From positions 13,020,001-13,084,000 of the forward strand of contig JBHGNT010000001.1 in assembly GCA_043228905.1 (NCBI GenBank): a stretch of DNA of 64,000 nucleotides, given 5' to 3'. The stretch's first letter is position 1, and each line of letters opens with the position of its first letter. The notes beneath the pieces are model-generated. The model searched no databases, had not been told where the DNA came from, and saw only the letters and a list, made by a program, of their open reading frames with translations. This document shows, one piece after another, positions 24,509-36,408 of this stretch. The position numbers were made by a program, and so were the translations under genes. This stretch comes from Azolla caroliniana (taxonomy: Eukaryota; Plantae; Polypodiophyta).

Positions 24509-27500
24509 TGTTAAGAAAACGTGAAGAAGGCACTCGGGCTCTTCTTATGTGCGCGGCGGATCGTGGTGTGCTAGATCGTTTAGTGCTCAAACACAGAAGG
24601 GAAGGGGGAAGGAGACTTACCTCTGTAGCAGCCAAAAACTTCTTCTATTTCATTATGCGCAGAGCTCTACTTGCTCTCGTTTGTTTCTCTCTCTTGCTCT
24701 CACTCTCTGAGTTCTTTCTCTCTATACTTTTTTCTCTCTCTCTTAGAGTTCTACTTCCTGTATATCTTCTCCTTCCTATTTCTTACTCTCTTACTTTCTA
24801 CCTAAGTAATAAGTTACTTACGTATGCAGCTAATTAGCTGCCTGTAGCTAATTAGCTATCAGTCGCTAAATAGCTATCAGTAGCTAATTAGCTGTCAGTC
24901 GCTAAATAGCTGTCAGTAGCTAATTAGCTGTCAGTAGCTAATTAGCTGTTTCTCCTTTATGTTCACAAGTAGCTAAATAACTACTATAGCTTATTTCCCA
25001 ATAAGCATCGCATACCATGTTGAGCTTGCTTCTCAACACTCCCCCTCAAGCTCAACTTATCCTTTCTTGGGGTTATCTACAACTTCTTTTTCATGATGCT
25101 TTTCAGCCATCATATCAATGTCTACAACTCCCATCATGTTCTGAAACTGTGTATGCTTTTCCACACTCAATCCCTTTGTGAGAATATCAGCAACCTGCTG
25201 ATTTGTATTCACATACACCAGATCAACTTCTCCTTCAATCACTTTTTCTCTAACAAAGTGATAATGCACTTCAATGTGCTTTGTTCTTGCGTGGAACACA
25301 GGGTTCTTTGCAAGTTGAATGCTGCTCATGTTGTCACACCAGATTGTGACAGTACCATCTATATACTCTCCCAAATCAGCAAGCAATCTTCTAATCCATA
25401 CCTCTTCACAAGTGGCTATGGCAGCTCCTCTGTACTCAGCTTCAGTACTAGACAATGCAACAGTAGCCTGTTTCTTGCTACTCCATGAAATACCTGCACT
25501 TCCCAATGTAAAGATATATCCACTTGTGGATCTTCTATCTGTTTGGCTTCCAGCCCAATCAGCATCTGTATATCCTTCCAGATTTATGTCCAAATCAGCC
25601 CTGTAAAACAATCCATAGTTCTGAGTAGCTTTTACATACCTCAGAATTCTTCTAATGCAGTCCAAATGCGGCTTTGTTGGCTGTTGCATAAATTGGCTGA
25701 CTAATCCAACTGCATAACTCAAATCAGGTCTTGTTATGGTCAAATAAATAAGGCTGCCCACCATAGACCTGTACATGTTTACATCTTCTATTTTGGCTCC
25801 CAAATCAGCCCTCAATTTGCAGTTTTTATCTAGTGGTACTCCAATAGGTTTGCATCCAAGCATACCATACTTTTTCAACATAGTTGTTGCATATTGTCTT
25901 TGCAACACACATATACCACTTTCAGATCTGATGATTTCAATACCCAAAAAATATCTCAGATCTCCCAAATCTTTCATATGAAATTTCATTTCCAAATTTC
26001 TTTTCAGCTTACTTATCTCATCCATGAAATCACCTCCAATGATGAGATCATCAACATAAATCAGAATCACAACCATACAATCATCTTTCCTTTTAACATA
26101 CAATGATGAATCAGCCTTTGACATTTTGAAGTCAAGTTTTTTCAGATAATCTGAAAGTTCTCTGTGCCATGTTCTTGGTGCCTGTTTCAGTCCATAGAGA
26201 GCCTTTTTCAGCTTACATACATAATCTGGATGCTTCCTATCTTCAAAACCTGGTGGTTGACACATATACACTTCTTCTTCCAAGTTACCATGTAAAAAGG
26301 CATTTTTTACATCCATATGATGAAGAAACCATCTTCTGGCTGCACCTACAGCCAGTAATGTCCTCAATGTTGCCATCTTTGCAACCGGTGCAAATGTCTT
26401 ATCATAATCAATTCCTTGCATTTGGGCATATCCCTTTGCAACCAATCTTGCTTTATGTCTACTTACATTCCCACTGGAATCATGCTTTGTCTTGTAGACC
26501 CATTTGCAACCTACCACATTTTTTTCTTTTGGTAACCTCACCAAATCCCATGTTTTGTTTTCAGCCAATGCATCAATCTCTTCTTGCATTGCGTCCACCC
26601 ATTTCTTCTCAGTTTTAGCCTCATCAAAACTACTTGGATCAGGGATCTGTACCACCTTAGACATGTATGCATAATGCATAGCCGTGTATGTATCATAACC
26701 AAATCTTTCAACAGTTTTTTTCTCTCTATCTGATCTTCTCAGTTTCTGATTTGCATCCTTCAATGCTTTTTCCATACCAGGGATTTTCAATCCTCTTATA
26801 CCAAGAAGATCATCCAATGACACATCTGAATCCTCAACTTCCATGTTTTTAGACAAGTCATCCAACATTTCATACTCTGGCATTTTCTGTTTTCCTTTTT
26901 TATCATCACATTTTTTGTGTCCTCCACTTTTTCCACTCCAAGAATTTGAATCAGATTTACCATCTGAGCTTTTTGATGGTCCAGAACATTCTGTTGATGT
27001 TGGACTTTGCTGTCCAACCTTGCTTCCATCTCTGTGGCAGTCTTCTACATTTTCAGATTTGTCTTTGTCTTCAATCTCATTGTCTTCATCAGTCTCTGGA
27101 TTCTGTTTTGGACTATACCAGCTGGCTAACTCATCAAAGATTACATCCCTACTTGTCACAATCTTCTTTGTTACAGGGTTATAGCATCTATACCCTTTTT
27201 GTTCTTCTGAATAGCCAACAAAAATACATTTTTCTGCCTTTGGATCCAACTTACTTCTTACTTCTGCAGGCACATGTACATATGCAAGGCATCCAAACAC
27301 TTTTAAGTGTTCTATACTAGGTTTCCTTCCATAGAAACACTCTTCAGGAGTTGCTTCATGTACTCCCGATGTTATACATCTATTTAGAATATAATTTGCT
27401 GTATTTACAGCTTCTGCCCAATAGTACAATGGCATATTCTTCTCTGTCATCAAAGCCCTTGCAATGTTCACCAATGTTCTGTTTTTCCTCTCAGCAACTC

Positions 27501-30039
27501 CATTTTGTTGTGGAGTATATCTACATGTGAACTGTCTTCTTATTCCCTGATTGCATAGAAAATCAGAAAATTCATTGGAGAAATACTCTCCTCCTCCATC
27601 AGATCTTAAACATTTTATTCTTGTACCTGCCTGCTTTTCTACCATGCATTTAAACTTACGAAAACATTCAAACACTTCACTTTTCTCTTTCATGAAGTAC
27701 ACCCATGTTTTCCTTGAGCAATCATCAATAAAAGTTACATAAAATCTGCAGCCACCGATAGATGCATTCTTAGTTGGTCCCCATACATCCGTATGTACCA
27801 AGTCCAACAAATTTTTACTTACATGTCTTTCATGAGGGAATGGCAACCTATTTTGCTTTCCATATTGACATGCTTCACATATCTTTCCCATTTCACAATT
27901 TTTCTGTTTTGGCAGTCCAGCCACTGCATCTTTTCTCAACATATTCTTTAGGGTTTGCATACTTATGTGGCCAATCCTTTTATGCCACATTTCCACATCT
28001 GAGACTACACTCATTCCATTTGCAAACATAGCTGAAATCTGTCTAGGCATGTCAACATCCAAAATAAACATTCTTCCTTGTTGTTTTCCTTTTGCAATGA
28101 GCTTCCCATTCTTTTCTATATAGCATCCACTTTGCTTAAACTTTACTTGCATACCTTGCTCTACTATCTGTCCAACAGAAATCAGATTCTTAGCAAGATT
28201 TGGAACATGCATTACATTCAACATATACTTAGTCTTTCCTTTTTCTTCCCACAATGGAATATCTCCAACATGTTCTATTTGGTGAGTACTATTATCACCC
28301 GTCTGTACATAGCCAGGAATCTCTGGTTCTCTCAACCTTTCAAACCAGTTTGCATGTCCAGTCATATGGTTAGATGCCCCCGAGTCTACATACCATGTAA
28401 ACTCTTCATTACATTTCTGTGAGCTTTCAGCCACTGCTGCTATCTCATGTTGTACCACAAATGCACCATCTTTTTCACAATCTTCACTAGTTTGGGCATA
28501 GTTATTCTGCTGTCTCTTTCCTCTTTTCTCATCATTTTGCTTCTTGTAACATTCAGCCTGTGTGTGGCCTGGTTTTCCACAATACCAACAGCCATCATCA
28601 TTTACATATGTTTGCTTACCTCTACCTTGGTTGCTCCCCCTGCCTCTGTTGTTGTTTCTTCCTCTAATGGTTTGTTGTCCTCTTCCTTGATAACCATTAT
28701 TGTGGGTTCTTGCTGAGCCAAATCTTCCATGGCCTCTTCCTCGGCCTCTTCCGGCACTATTATATAGGGCTTGCCCCTCATTCTCAAGATTTCCTTTATT
28801 TACATCATCCATCTGATTCCTTTCTTCTACTACAAGCATTGAAACCAGATCTGAGAAACTTGGGATACTATCCCTTGTAAGCATAGAGGTTTTAAAGCTT
28901 TTGTATTGGGGTCCCAAGCCTCTCAAGCATATTTCTACCTTATCATCGTCTTCTATCTTTACATTGATAGAAGCAAGTGATTCACATATGCTCTTTATTT
29001 TCAAGGCATACTCATTTATTGACATCTTACCTTTTTCTAAGGTATTTAGCTCAGTCTTCAACTGTAGCTTTCTAGCTTTTGTGTTTACTGCAAACAGTTT
29101 TACCAAACTGTCCCAAGCTTCTTTTGGGAGCATAGCATCCTGTATGTGCCCAAGCATCGAATCTGAGATGCTAAGTGAGAGCCAATGCATTACCTTCCTT
29201 GCCCCTTGATTCCAATCTTTGAATGCTTTAATCTGTGCTGCTGTGGCATTTTCTTCTGGGATCTCCGGAGCCTCTTCTAGGTCTCCTTCAATGTAATCCC
29301 AGTATCCTTTCCCCATTAGGAAATTTGTCATTCTAAATTTCCACGCCGGGAAATTGTTTTTATCTAGTTTCTCTGTAACTATTTGGCCCGCATTCTCTGC
29401 AGCCATTATCTCTTCCAAACTAGGTTTTCTGTTACAATTACTTCAACAAGTAACTTTCTGATTCAGATCAGCAACCAGAGAAATACCTTTCTCAGATCTA
29501 TGCACTTTTGTACTCTTCTTTATGAGCAACTCTGCTCTGATACCATGTTAAGAAAACGTGAAGAAGGCACTCGGGCTCTTCTTATGTGCGCGGCGGATCG
29601 TGGTGTGCTAGATCGTTTAGTGCTCAAACACAAAAGGGAAGGGGGAAGGAGACTTACCTCTGTAGCAGCCAAAAACTTCTTCTATTTCATTATGCGCAGA
29701 GCTCTACTTGCTCTCGTTTGTTTCTCTCTCTTGCTCTCACTCTCTGAGTTCTTTCTCTCTATACTTTTTTCTCTCTCTCTTAGAGTTCTACTTCCTGTAT
29801 ATCTTCTCCTTCCTATTTCTTACTCTCTTACTTTCTACCTAAGTAATAAGTTACTTACGTATGCAGCTAATTAGCTATCAGTCGCTAAATAGCTGTCAGT
29901 AGCTAATTAGCTGTCAGTCGCTAAATAGCTGTCAGTAGCTAATTAGTTGTTTCTCCTTTATGTTCACAAGTAGCTAAATAACTACTATAGCTTATTTCCC
30001 AATAAGCATCGCATACCATGTTGAGCTTGCTTCTCAACA
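24509..30039 (-). mobile_element. Ty1/copia element C, structurally intact
   Basis: LTRs 24509-25038 and 29546-30039; PBS (tRNA-iMet) 29534-29545; PPT 25039-25047; TSD TGGTG 24504-24508 / 30040-30044; uninterrupted polyprotein. Confidence 0.96.
25057..29406 (-). CDS. Ty1/copia gag-pol polyprotein (gag, zinc knuckle, protease, integrase, RT, RNase H), ~1449 aa
   Basis: Open ORF (track 25057-29418 from TTG; first ATG 29406). CWYCGKPGHTQAEC, WYVDSGAS, LRSDGGGEY, IYVDDLI, YTDADWAG, ARTKHIEVHYH. Confidence 0.95.
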   Translation of the reverse strand: MAAENAGQIVTEKLDKNNFPAWKFRMTNFLMGKGYWDYIEGDLEEAPEIPEENATAAQIKAFKDWNQGARKVMHWLSLSISDSMLGHIQDAMLPKEAWDSLVKLFAVNTKARKLQLKTELNTLEKGKMSINEYALKIKSICESLASINVKIEDDDKVEICLRGLGPQYKSFKTSMLTRDSIPSFSDLVSMLVVEERNQMDDVNKGNLENEGQALYNSAGRGRGRGHGRFGSARTHNNGYQGRGQQTIRGRNNNRGRGSNQGRGKQTYVNDDGCWYCGKPGHTQAECYKKQNDEKRGKRQQNNYAQTSEDCEKDGAFVVQHEIAAVAESSQKCNEEFTWYVDSGASNHMTGHANWFERLREPEIPGYVQTGDNSTHQIEHVGDIPLWEEKGKTKYMLNVMHVPNLAKNLISVGQIVEQGMQVKFKQSGCYIEKNGKLIAKGKQQGRMFILDVDMPRQISAMFANGMSVVSDVEMWHKRIGHISMQTLKNMLRKDAVAGLPKQKNCEMGKICEACQYGKQNRLPFPHERHVSKNLLDLVHTDVWGPTKNASIGGCRFYVTFIDDCSRKTWVYFMKEKSEVFECFRKFKCMVEKQAGTRIKCLRSDGGGEYFSNEFSDFLCNQGIRRQFTCRYTPQQNGVAERKNRTLVNIARALMTEKNMPLYYWAEAVNTANYILNRCITSGVHEATPEECFYGRKPSIEHLKVFGCLAYVHVPAEVRSKLDPKAEKCIFVGYSEEQKGYRCYNPVTKKIVTSRDVIFDELASWYSPKQNPETDEDNEIEDKDKSENVEDCHRDGSKVGQQSPTSTECSGPSKSSDGKSDSNSWSGKSGGHKKCDDKKGKQKMPEYEMLDDLSKNMEVEDSDVSLDDLLGIRGLKIPGMEKALKDANQKLRRSDREKKTVERFGYDTYTAMHYAYMSKVVQIPDPSSFDEAKTEKKWVDAMQEEIDALAENKTWDLVRLPKEKNVVGCKWVYKTKHDSSGNVSRHKARLVAKGYAQMQGIDYDKTFAPVAKMATLRTLLAVGAARRWFLHHMDVKNAFLHGNLEEEVYMCQPPGFEDRKHPDYVCKLKKALYGLKQAPRTWHRELSDYLKKLDFKMSKADSSLYVKRKDDCMVVILIYVDDLIIGGDFMDEISKLKRNLEMKFHMKDLGDLRYFLGIEIIRSESGICVLQRQYATTMLKKYGMLGCKPIGVPLDKNCKLRADLGAKIEDVNMYRSMVGSLIYLTITRPDLSYAVGLVSQFMQQPTKPHLDCIRRILRYVKATQNYGLFYRADLDINLEGYTDADWAGSQTDRRSTSGYIFTLGSAGISWSSKKQATVALSSTEAEYRGAAIATCEEVWIRRLLADLGEYIDGTVTIWCDNMSSIQLAKNPVFHARTKHIEVHYHFVREKVIEGEVDLVYVNTNQQVADILTKGLSVEKHTQFQNMMGVVDIDMMAEKHHEKEVVDNPKKG

Positions 30040-30728
30040 TGGTGCAGACCCGGTATGAACCGGATGAGGAGTACCCGGCTACGGAGAGCCGGATGGTGCA
30101 GACCCGGTATGAACCGGATGAGGAGTACCCAGCTACGGAGAGCCGGATGGTGCAGACCCAGTATGAACCGAATGAGGAGTACCCGGCTACGGAGAGCCGG
30201 ATGATACAAACCCGTTGAAGACCGGATGAGGAGTACCCGGCTACGGAGAACCGGATGAAGAGACATATTCGTAAATATGTTTCTAAGAGTCCATCGAGGC
30301 TATATTTGTAAATAGCCGAAAAGCCATATCAGTATAAATATGACTTAGGGCAAACTTTTAGGTGTAGTTGTCATTTTTTGTTGGTGCAAGAAGTGGAGAG
30401 AGCACGTAACAGTGTACAGAGAGAGAGAGAGAGAAAGAGGTCGTTGCCTCTGTTGTAACCGCCGCCTGTGGCGAAGATCGTGAGCACGAGGTCGTTGCCT
30501 CCGTGAACTCACTGTTTGTACATTCCAACGTAGTGATAGTTTGCAGCCTGTGGGCTGCCGTGGTTTTTCCCTTAGTTTGGGTTTTCCACGTAAACATCCT
30601 GTACACTCGTTTCTTCTTCGTGTCGTGCTTTATTTCCTGTTTTTTTTCTGTGTATGATTCTAAGCTCGGTTGTGGCCGAGCGTTGCGCATAAGGAGCGTT
30701 GAGTTCTCGATAGGTATCAAGTGCAACG

Positions 30729-32906
30729 ATGGCTTGGACAAGCAGAACTCAAGGAGAGGAATTAACGAAAGGCATGGTGTCTATCGTGGAATACATGTTG
30801 AAAGTGAGAGATCGAGGGGCTCTGATCGACAAAGTTGTTGATCAAACAGTTGAGATAACTAGACGATTTGGTGGCAAGAACATCATGGATTTCCTTGCTA
30901 CCTATCGGAACGAGATGCAGTAGAGGGATGTCAAAGATCTCAAACAAATTTCTAGCCTCAAACGTGTGGTGGAACCAGAGATCCGCGAGCGCATCATGGA
31001 GATCCAAAACGAGCACACAACTTGGGCGGAGTTTGAAAAGGCGCTTCTCGCTGAATACATGCTTCAAGATGCGTCATGGATGACTTGGCATACGTTAATG
31101 ATTTGGATCGAGAAGAAAGGGAAGAATCAGTGTGCGTTGGGAGTATATGAGGAATTCGACTAGAAGTACAACCAACTTCCGAGTGCTGATCAACGAGTTC
31201 TCGATGGAGATAAAGTCCTGTTATTCCTAAAGGTGGTGGATACGAAAGACCGGCGAGAATTGGGCAATTTTTTGGAGGACAAAACACAACCAAATGGCTT
31301 GGTAGCGGAATGGGCGGCGGTGAAGAAGGCTTGTAGCCGTCTTGATAAGCGTCGACAATGGCAAGAGGAAACTGATATGGAGAATCCACAATCGTGGAGG
31401 AGGAAGGCACCTATGACGGTCGAGCCTAACAAGACAATCAACAATTTCGACAAGAAAGAGATGGAGGACTCTATAATCGAAGAGCTCTCCAAGAAGTTTG
31501 AAGCGGTATCGCTGGCCAGCTTACGTCGACACGGGCCCAAGGGAAAAGAAGTGTATAGATGTGTGTGGTGCGAGAGCTTCGAGCACTCGCAAAGGGAGTG
31601 CACTGACTTGCAAGACGCGATTCGCAAGAATATCATCTATTTGGACAACAACATGATTCATTCAAGCGAGACCCGGAAGCCACTATGAGTGAACTTCGGA
31701 AGAGGCGGGCTGAAAAAGATCATGGAGGAGGAAGACGCAAGGCATGTGGAAGCTATGCACTATGCTGCATCAATCGGTATACGAGTTGGAAGAGAGAATC
31801 TAAAGATGATCAAGCCGGGAGTTGGGTTTTGGCCAACAGTCTTCGAGTGAGAAAAGAAAGGCAAAATTGATTTGGAGGATCTAAAACTTGCTAATTGAAA
31901 TGTGCGACAAGTTACCGGATGGTCAGATCCAGTCGACGATAACACAAGCTTTGCGGAGGTTGTGTGTGACAACTACGAAGCTCTTGTCGAACAGAAGAGG
32001 AAAAGAACTTGTGAAGAATATGGCACATCAAAGCGTCACAATACGAGGAACGCGGGGAAAGAAGGGCAAGCCCAACCTACGCCATGAAAAGAGATAGGAG
32101 AAACAAGCATGAAGATCGGTGGATCGAGCCAACCTTCTCGGATGGAAGTCGATGAATCTGTGAAGAAAGGAAAAGAACGAGCGGCGCCGACTTACAAGCT
32201 AAGGTCGGACATAGAACAAACCACTGACTTGCGGAAGGTCCTTGAGAGAAGGTTTTAGACAGTCATGTCAACCTTTGAGAGAATTGTATGGGACCGCTAA
32301 GAAGGAGTTCCAATATACTATCGTGGACCTTATTAAGCGGAAGCGACAACAATCGGATGAAGAGAAGGTGAAAACAAGTGCCATAACCATGGAAAGATCG
32401 GAAGAGGAGGAGGAAGAAGAAGTGATGGCGGACAACCATTACTCTCGGCCTCATTGGGCAAGAGCGACAACGGAGATGCCAGTGAAGATTGGGGAGAAGA
32501 AAGAGACCGTGGTATCCTTGATTGACCATGGTTCGGAGATCAACCTCATGTCGACCAAGTTCTACAAGAAAGGAAGATGGCTGATTAATACAAACCATGG
32601 ATGGAAGATTCGAGCGGCAACGAAGGTCATGGAGGACTTGTACGGAGCTTGCCCCAATGTTAAAGCCACAATCGGGGATGTGGAGATGGATCAACACTTT
32701 TTCGTGCAAGATTTGGCTTCGCATCCTATCATCCTAGGACAACCGTATATCACATCGTCCTGGATGGAGACCAAGGTGTTCGATAATGGTGCAATCTTTC
32801 GCGAGTCAAGAGCCTTGACAGTCAAAGATCAGTTCAATTCCTAACGGTGCGGGCTAATCACAAAAGGAACCGAGATAGCCTTGGAGACGAATCCTCGGAT
32901 TTTTAG
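30729..32906 (+). pseudogene. Element D gag-protease
   Basis: Collinear with the 36409-38535 protein (CVWCESFEHSQREC, HYSRPHWARATTE, LIDHGSEINLM); multiple stops and frameshifts; ends GGATTTTTAG. Confidence 0.85.
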
Positions 32907-35575
32907 AGCGGACTATTGAAGCGTGGGGCACAAATAGTCTGAGCAATCATAAGTCCCCACAAGGAAGCAGAATGTGTGGATTGCAAGGAGAAGCATCATG
33001 TGGCGCATGTAAACTAACACTACTCAACAAGAAGGACAAGCATCGGATACAAGACTTCGAGAAGGTGCTGAAAGAAGAAAGCATAATCGAAGAAGAAGAA
33101 TTTGTGTCTCATATTCTGGAGGAAGCCTCATTTAACGACACCATTGGCGAAATCGAGGAAGTCGTGGACTTGAGCTATCCTTGCGATCAACATGTGATTT
33201 CGGTTAACTCGGTCAACATGTATGCTATCATCGATGAATATCATCGAGGCATCTTGATGGAGGAAGTCGAAGTCAACACAAAATATAAAACGGTGGATAG
33301 GAAGATCAAACCAGTTGCAGTTCCGCTACCGGAAGATAGATGGCAAAAGATGAACGAAGTTGCAAAAGATCTAAGCTTAAGGAATCCAAAGACAATAGGT
33401 CACGTCTTCACTGAAGAGACGAAAGGAAAGCTACGAGTTGGAAGGGAGTATTTCCTCCTTCCTGAAGAGGAGCAAATGTTCCGCGGAATGCTTGAAAGTC
33501 ATGGGAAGGCTTTCACATTTTTCCCACAAGAAATTGGATGTCTTGACCCAAGGGCGGTAGAACCGATGGTGATCTTCACGGTGCCGCATGTGCCTTGGAG
33601 TTTGAAACCGATACCGGTTCTGAGAGCACACCTACCGAAGCTGATCGAGCTCTTAAAGGAGAAGGTGAATATGGGAATTTTGGAACCGTCGAACGCTCCT
33701 TATTCTAATAAGTGGTTCACGGTGCCAAAGAAGAATGGATCGTTGCGATTCATCCAAGATCTTCAACCGGTCAACAAGGTGACAATTCGGAATGCTGGAA
33801 TCAGTCCAAGTGTGGATGAATTTGTTGAGGCGTTTGGGGGCCAGTCCATCTACTCCATTGGCGATCTCTACTCTGGATACAATCAATTCCAGTTGGTGGT
33901 CGACAATCGTGACATTACAACCATGAGGACTCTGATCGGGCTTGTGCGGATGTGTACCTTACCTCAAGGTGCAACGAATTCGGTAGCTCATATGGTGAAT
34001 GCCATGAACAAGGTCTTGAAGGATTGCATCCCAGGCATCACAATGCCATTCTTGCATGACATTCCGATAAAAGGATGTTCGGATGAGGAGAAGGATGGAT
34101 GCAAAAAGTTCGTCATGGATCATATGAAAGATTGCGAGAAGGTGCTCCAAAGGCTCAAAGATGCGAATTTGACATTTTCGGGAGAAAAAACCGCATTCGG
34201 GCAACTGGAGATCTTAGTAGTAGGTCACTTGTGTGGAGCATACGGTCAGAAGCCTTCGCCATTCAAGGTGAATGAGATCCAAGACCTGAAAGAAGAATGT
34301 GTAACCCAAACGGAGGTATGAAGGTTCCTTGGAGCATGCACGTTTTATCATATTTGGATTCCACACTACACCCACATTGATGAGCCATTATACGGTCTAC
34401 TAAAGAAGAAGCGGAGGTTCAAATGGACGATCGACCATACTTTCACCATCCGAAGGCTGAAGAAATTATTGATGGAAGCACCTGCATTACGGATGGCGGA
34501 TTATTCAAACAGCAAGCCCATTTTCGTGACCGTGGATACTAGTTCGACCGGAATTGGATGGGTTATAAACCAAGAAGATGAAGATTGCAACCGATATGCA
34601 ATTCAATTTGGTGCGAAAGTGTTAAGTGATAGGCAAAGAAGGTATGCCCAAGTGAAGAGGGAGCTATGGGGAATCGTATCGGCGATCAAGTCTGATCGTG
34701 ACTACCTTATTGGAGCAGAAGTCATAATCGAGATTCGAGACAAATTGCCTACCAATCTTGGGTATGATATCTGGATGTAGTACACCAGATATTGCCATGT
34801 TACGTTGGATTGCATATATCAAATCAGTCAACCCAGAGATCCGTCATGTAGCGGGGAAGCGTAATGTCGTTGCAGACATGCTATCACGAGCAAGATACGA
34901 CGAAGAAGAAGATGAACATTCTGATGAAGAGGATGTTGGCTTGGATTTCTTTACAAGTTCCTACGCTTGGGTGCTGACAACTTTCATAGAAGAGGACTAC
35001 GAAGGCGAATTTGTAGAGATTAGGAAATACTTGAGTTCTCTCCAAAAAGATGAATCATGGTCGACAGAAGACTTCCACCGAATTCAGAAGAAGGCGTACA
35101 AGTATTTTCTTAAGGATGGATCTCTTTGGAGACATGCAAAAAAGAAGAATGGGACTACGATGAGAGTTGTCTGCAAGCTGGAAGACCGACAAAAACTAAT
35201 GTCTGAATTTCATGATAGTGTTTTTGCAGGCCATCGAGGAATATGGGTTACGTTCGCAAAGTTTAAGGAGAAATATTGGTGGCCGGGCATCTATAAAGAT
35301 GTAGCAGCTTATGTGGAAACATGTAAGGAATGTCAAATGTTTTCGAATGTTCGCCATCGAGATGAACTTCATCTGACTTACCCGTTGGTTATGCATTACA
35401 AGTGGATGGTGGATATCGTAATGATGCCAATGGGGTGATGGCAGATGAAGTATCTTGTGCTCGCGAGAGAGGATCTTGCCAATCAAGTTGAAGGGCGAGC
35501 ATCGAGAACTAAGGAGACATCATCAGTATGCAGATTCCTTCTTGAAGATGTTATTTGTAGATATGGATGCATCGG
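32907..35575 (+). pseudogene. Element D pol (RT, RNase H, integrase N-part; resumes 42880-42968)
   Basis: KYKTVDRKIKPV, LRFIQDLQPVN, YAQVKRELWG, LAREDLANQVEGR; RYGCIG|KIM restored after removing element E. Confidence 0.88.
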
Positions 35576-36368
35576 TGTCGTGAAGAAAACCGTCCATAGG
35601 CGGAATCGGCGCACCAAGGCGTGGGAACCGGTTCTTCACGCGCGCACGCTCCAAGTAGTACATAGAAGCGAATTAGGAGGATAATCGGCAGGAACGGGCC
35701 CTAACTCAAGTGGAGACAAAGACCGCGCGAACAGTCTTTTCGGTCGCGCGCGCGAACTGTACGAGTCGGCGGCGTAACTACGCGGATGCGTGAAAAACGG
35801 AGCGGATCCCTGTCCAAAAGGGACAGGGAATAAAGCTGACAGGACGGCCTGCTCGTCGGCCTATATAAGGAGCGGGAAAGAGCTGTTGCAGATATATCTC
35901 GCGCAGAGAGGACGAAGTGCTGCCGGACCGTTTCTGGACGCTTCGCTCTCTGTTTCCTTCCGACTTGAGCTCCATAGCTTTCCGTGCAGGGTTCCGAGGA
36001 GGCTCGCGCTGTTTTCGAGGAACGCCCGAGTGCTTCCGGCAGCACCTCCGACCAGCTACAGCCCCTTTGAGCGTCGAAGTGAACAGGCATCGGCATCTGT
36101 TCGCCGGCCTGTTCGGTCGTAACCAACCTGTGCCCCGTCGAGGGTTGTAGTCGTGTTAGCCGTTTTTCTTAATATACACATTTAGCCATTCGCATCTGTC
36201 TGTGTCGGTGTCTGTTCGTGTTCTCCGTGCTGAAGGGCCGTGTCCCTGTGTACCCCCGGTCCTGCGTAGCCGGTTCTCTCTCTTTCCCCTCCCTCGCTTG
36301 CTCTTTGGTTCGAGACCCCCGCGGTCCCGCCTCGATTCCACACGCACTTGCATAATATCCCGACATCT

Positions 36369-36385
36369 TGGTGAACCCGACGTGA
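36369..36385 (+). promoter_or_regulatory. Primer-binding site complementary to the tRNA-Trp 3' end
   Basis: TGGTGAACCCGACGTGA is the reverse complement of TCACGTCGGGTTCACCA, as I recall the plant cytosolic tRNA-Trp 3' end. The same PBS occurs at 11621, 24306 and (mutated) 47596. Confidence 0.8.
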
Positions 36386-36408
36386 AAGAGGCGGCAGAAG
36401 AGCAGAAG

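Larger units (their letters stand above)
24342..30712 (+). mobile_element. Solo LTR related to copia A LTR, with a 54-bp tandem array, split by copia C
   Basis: TGTTGGG start; shares GAGGCTATATTTGTAAATAGCC and GTATAAATATGACTTAGGGCA with 245-789; TSD GGTAT at 24337-24341 and 30713-30717. Confidence 0.82.

Noticed and set aside
24508-24837. 109-aa hydrophobic ORF duplicated at 29383-29874
   Set aside because: It lies wholly within the copia C LTR, and the hydrophobicity comes from CT-rich sequence.
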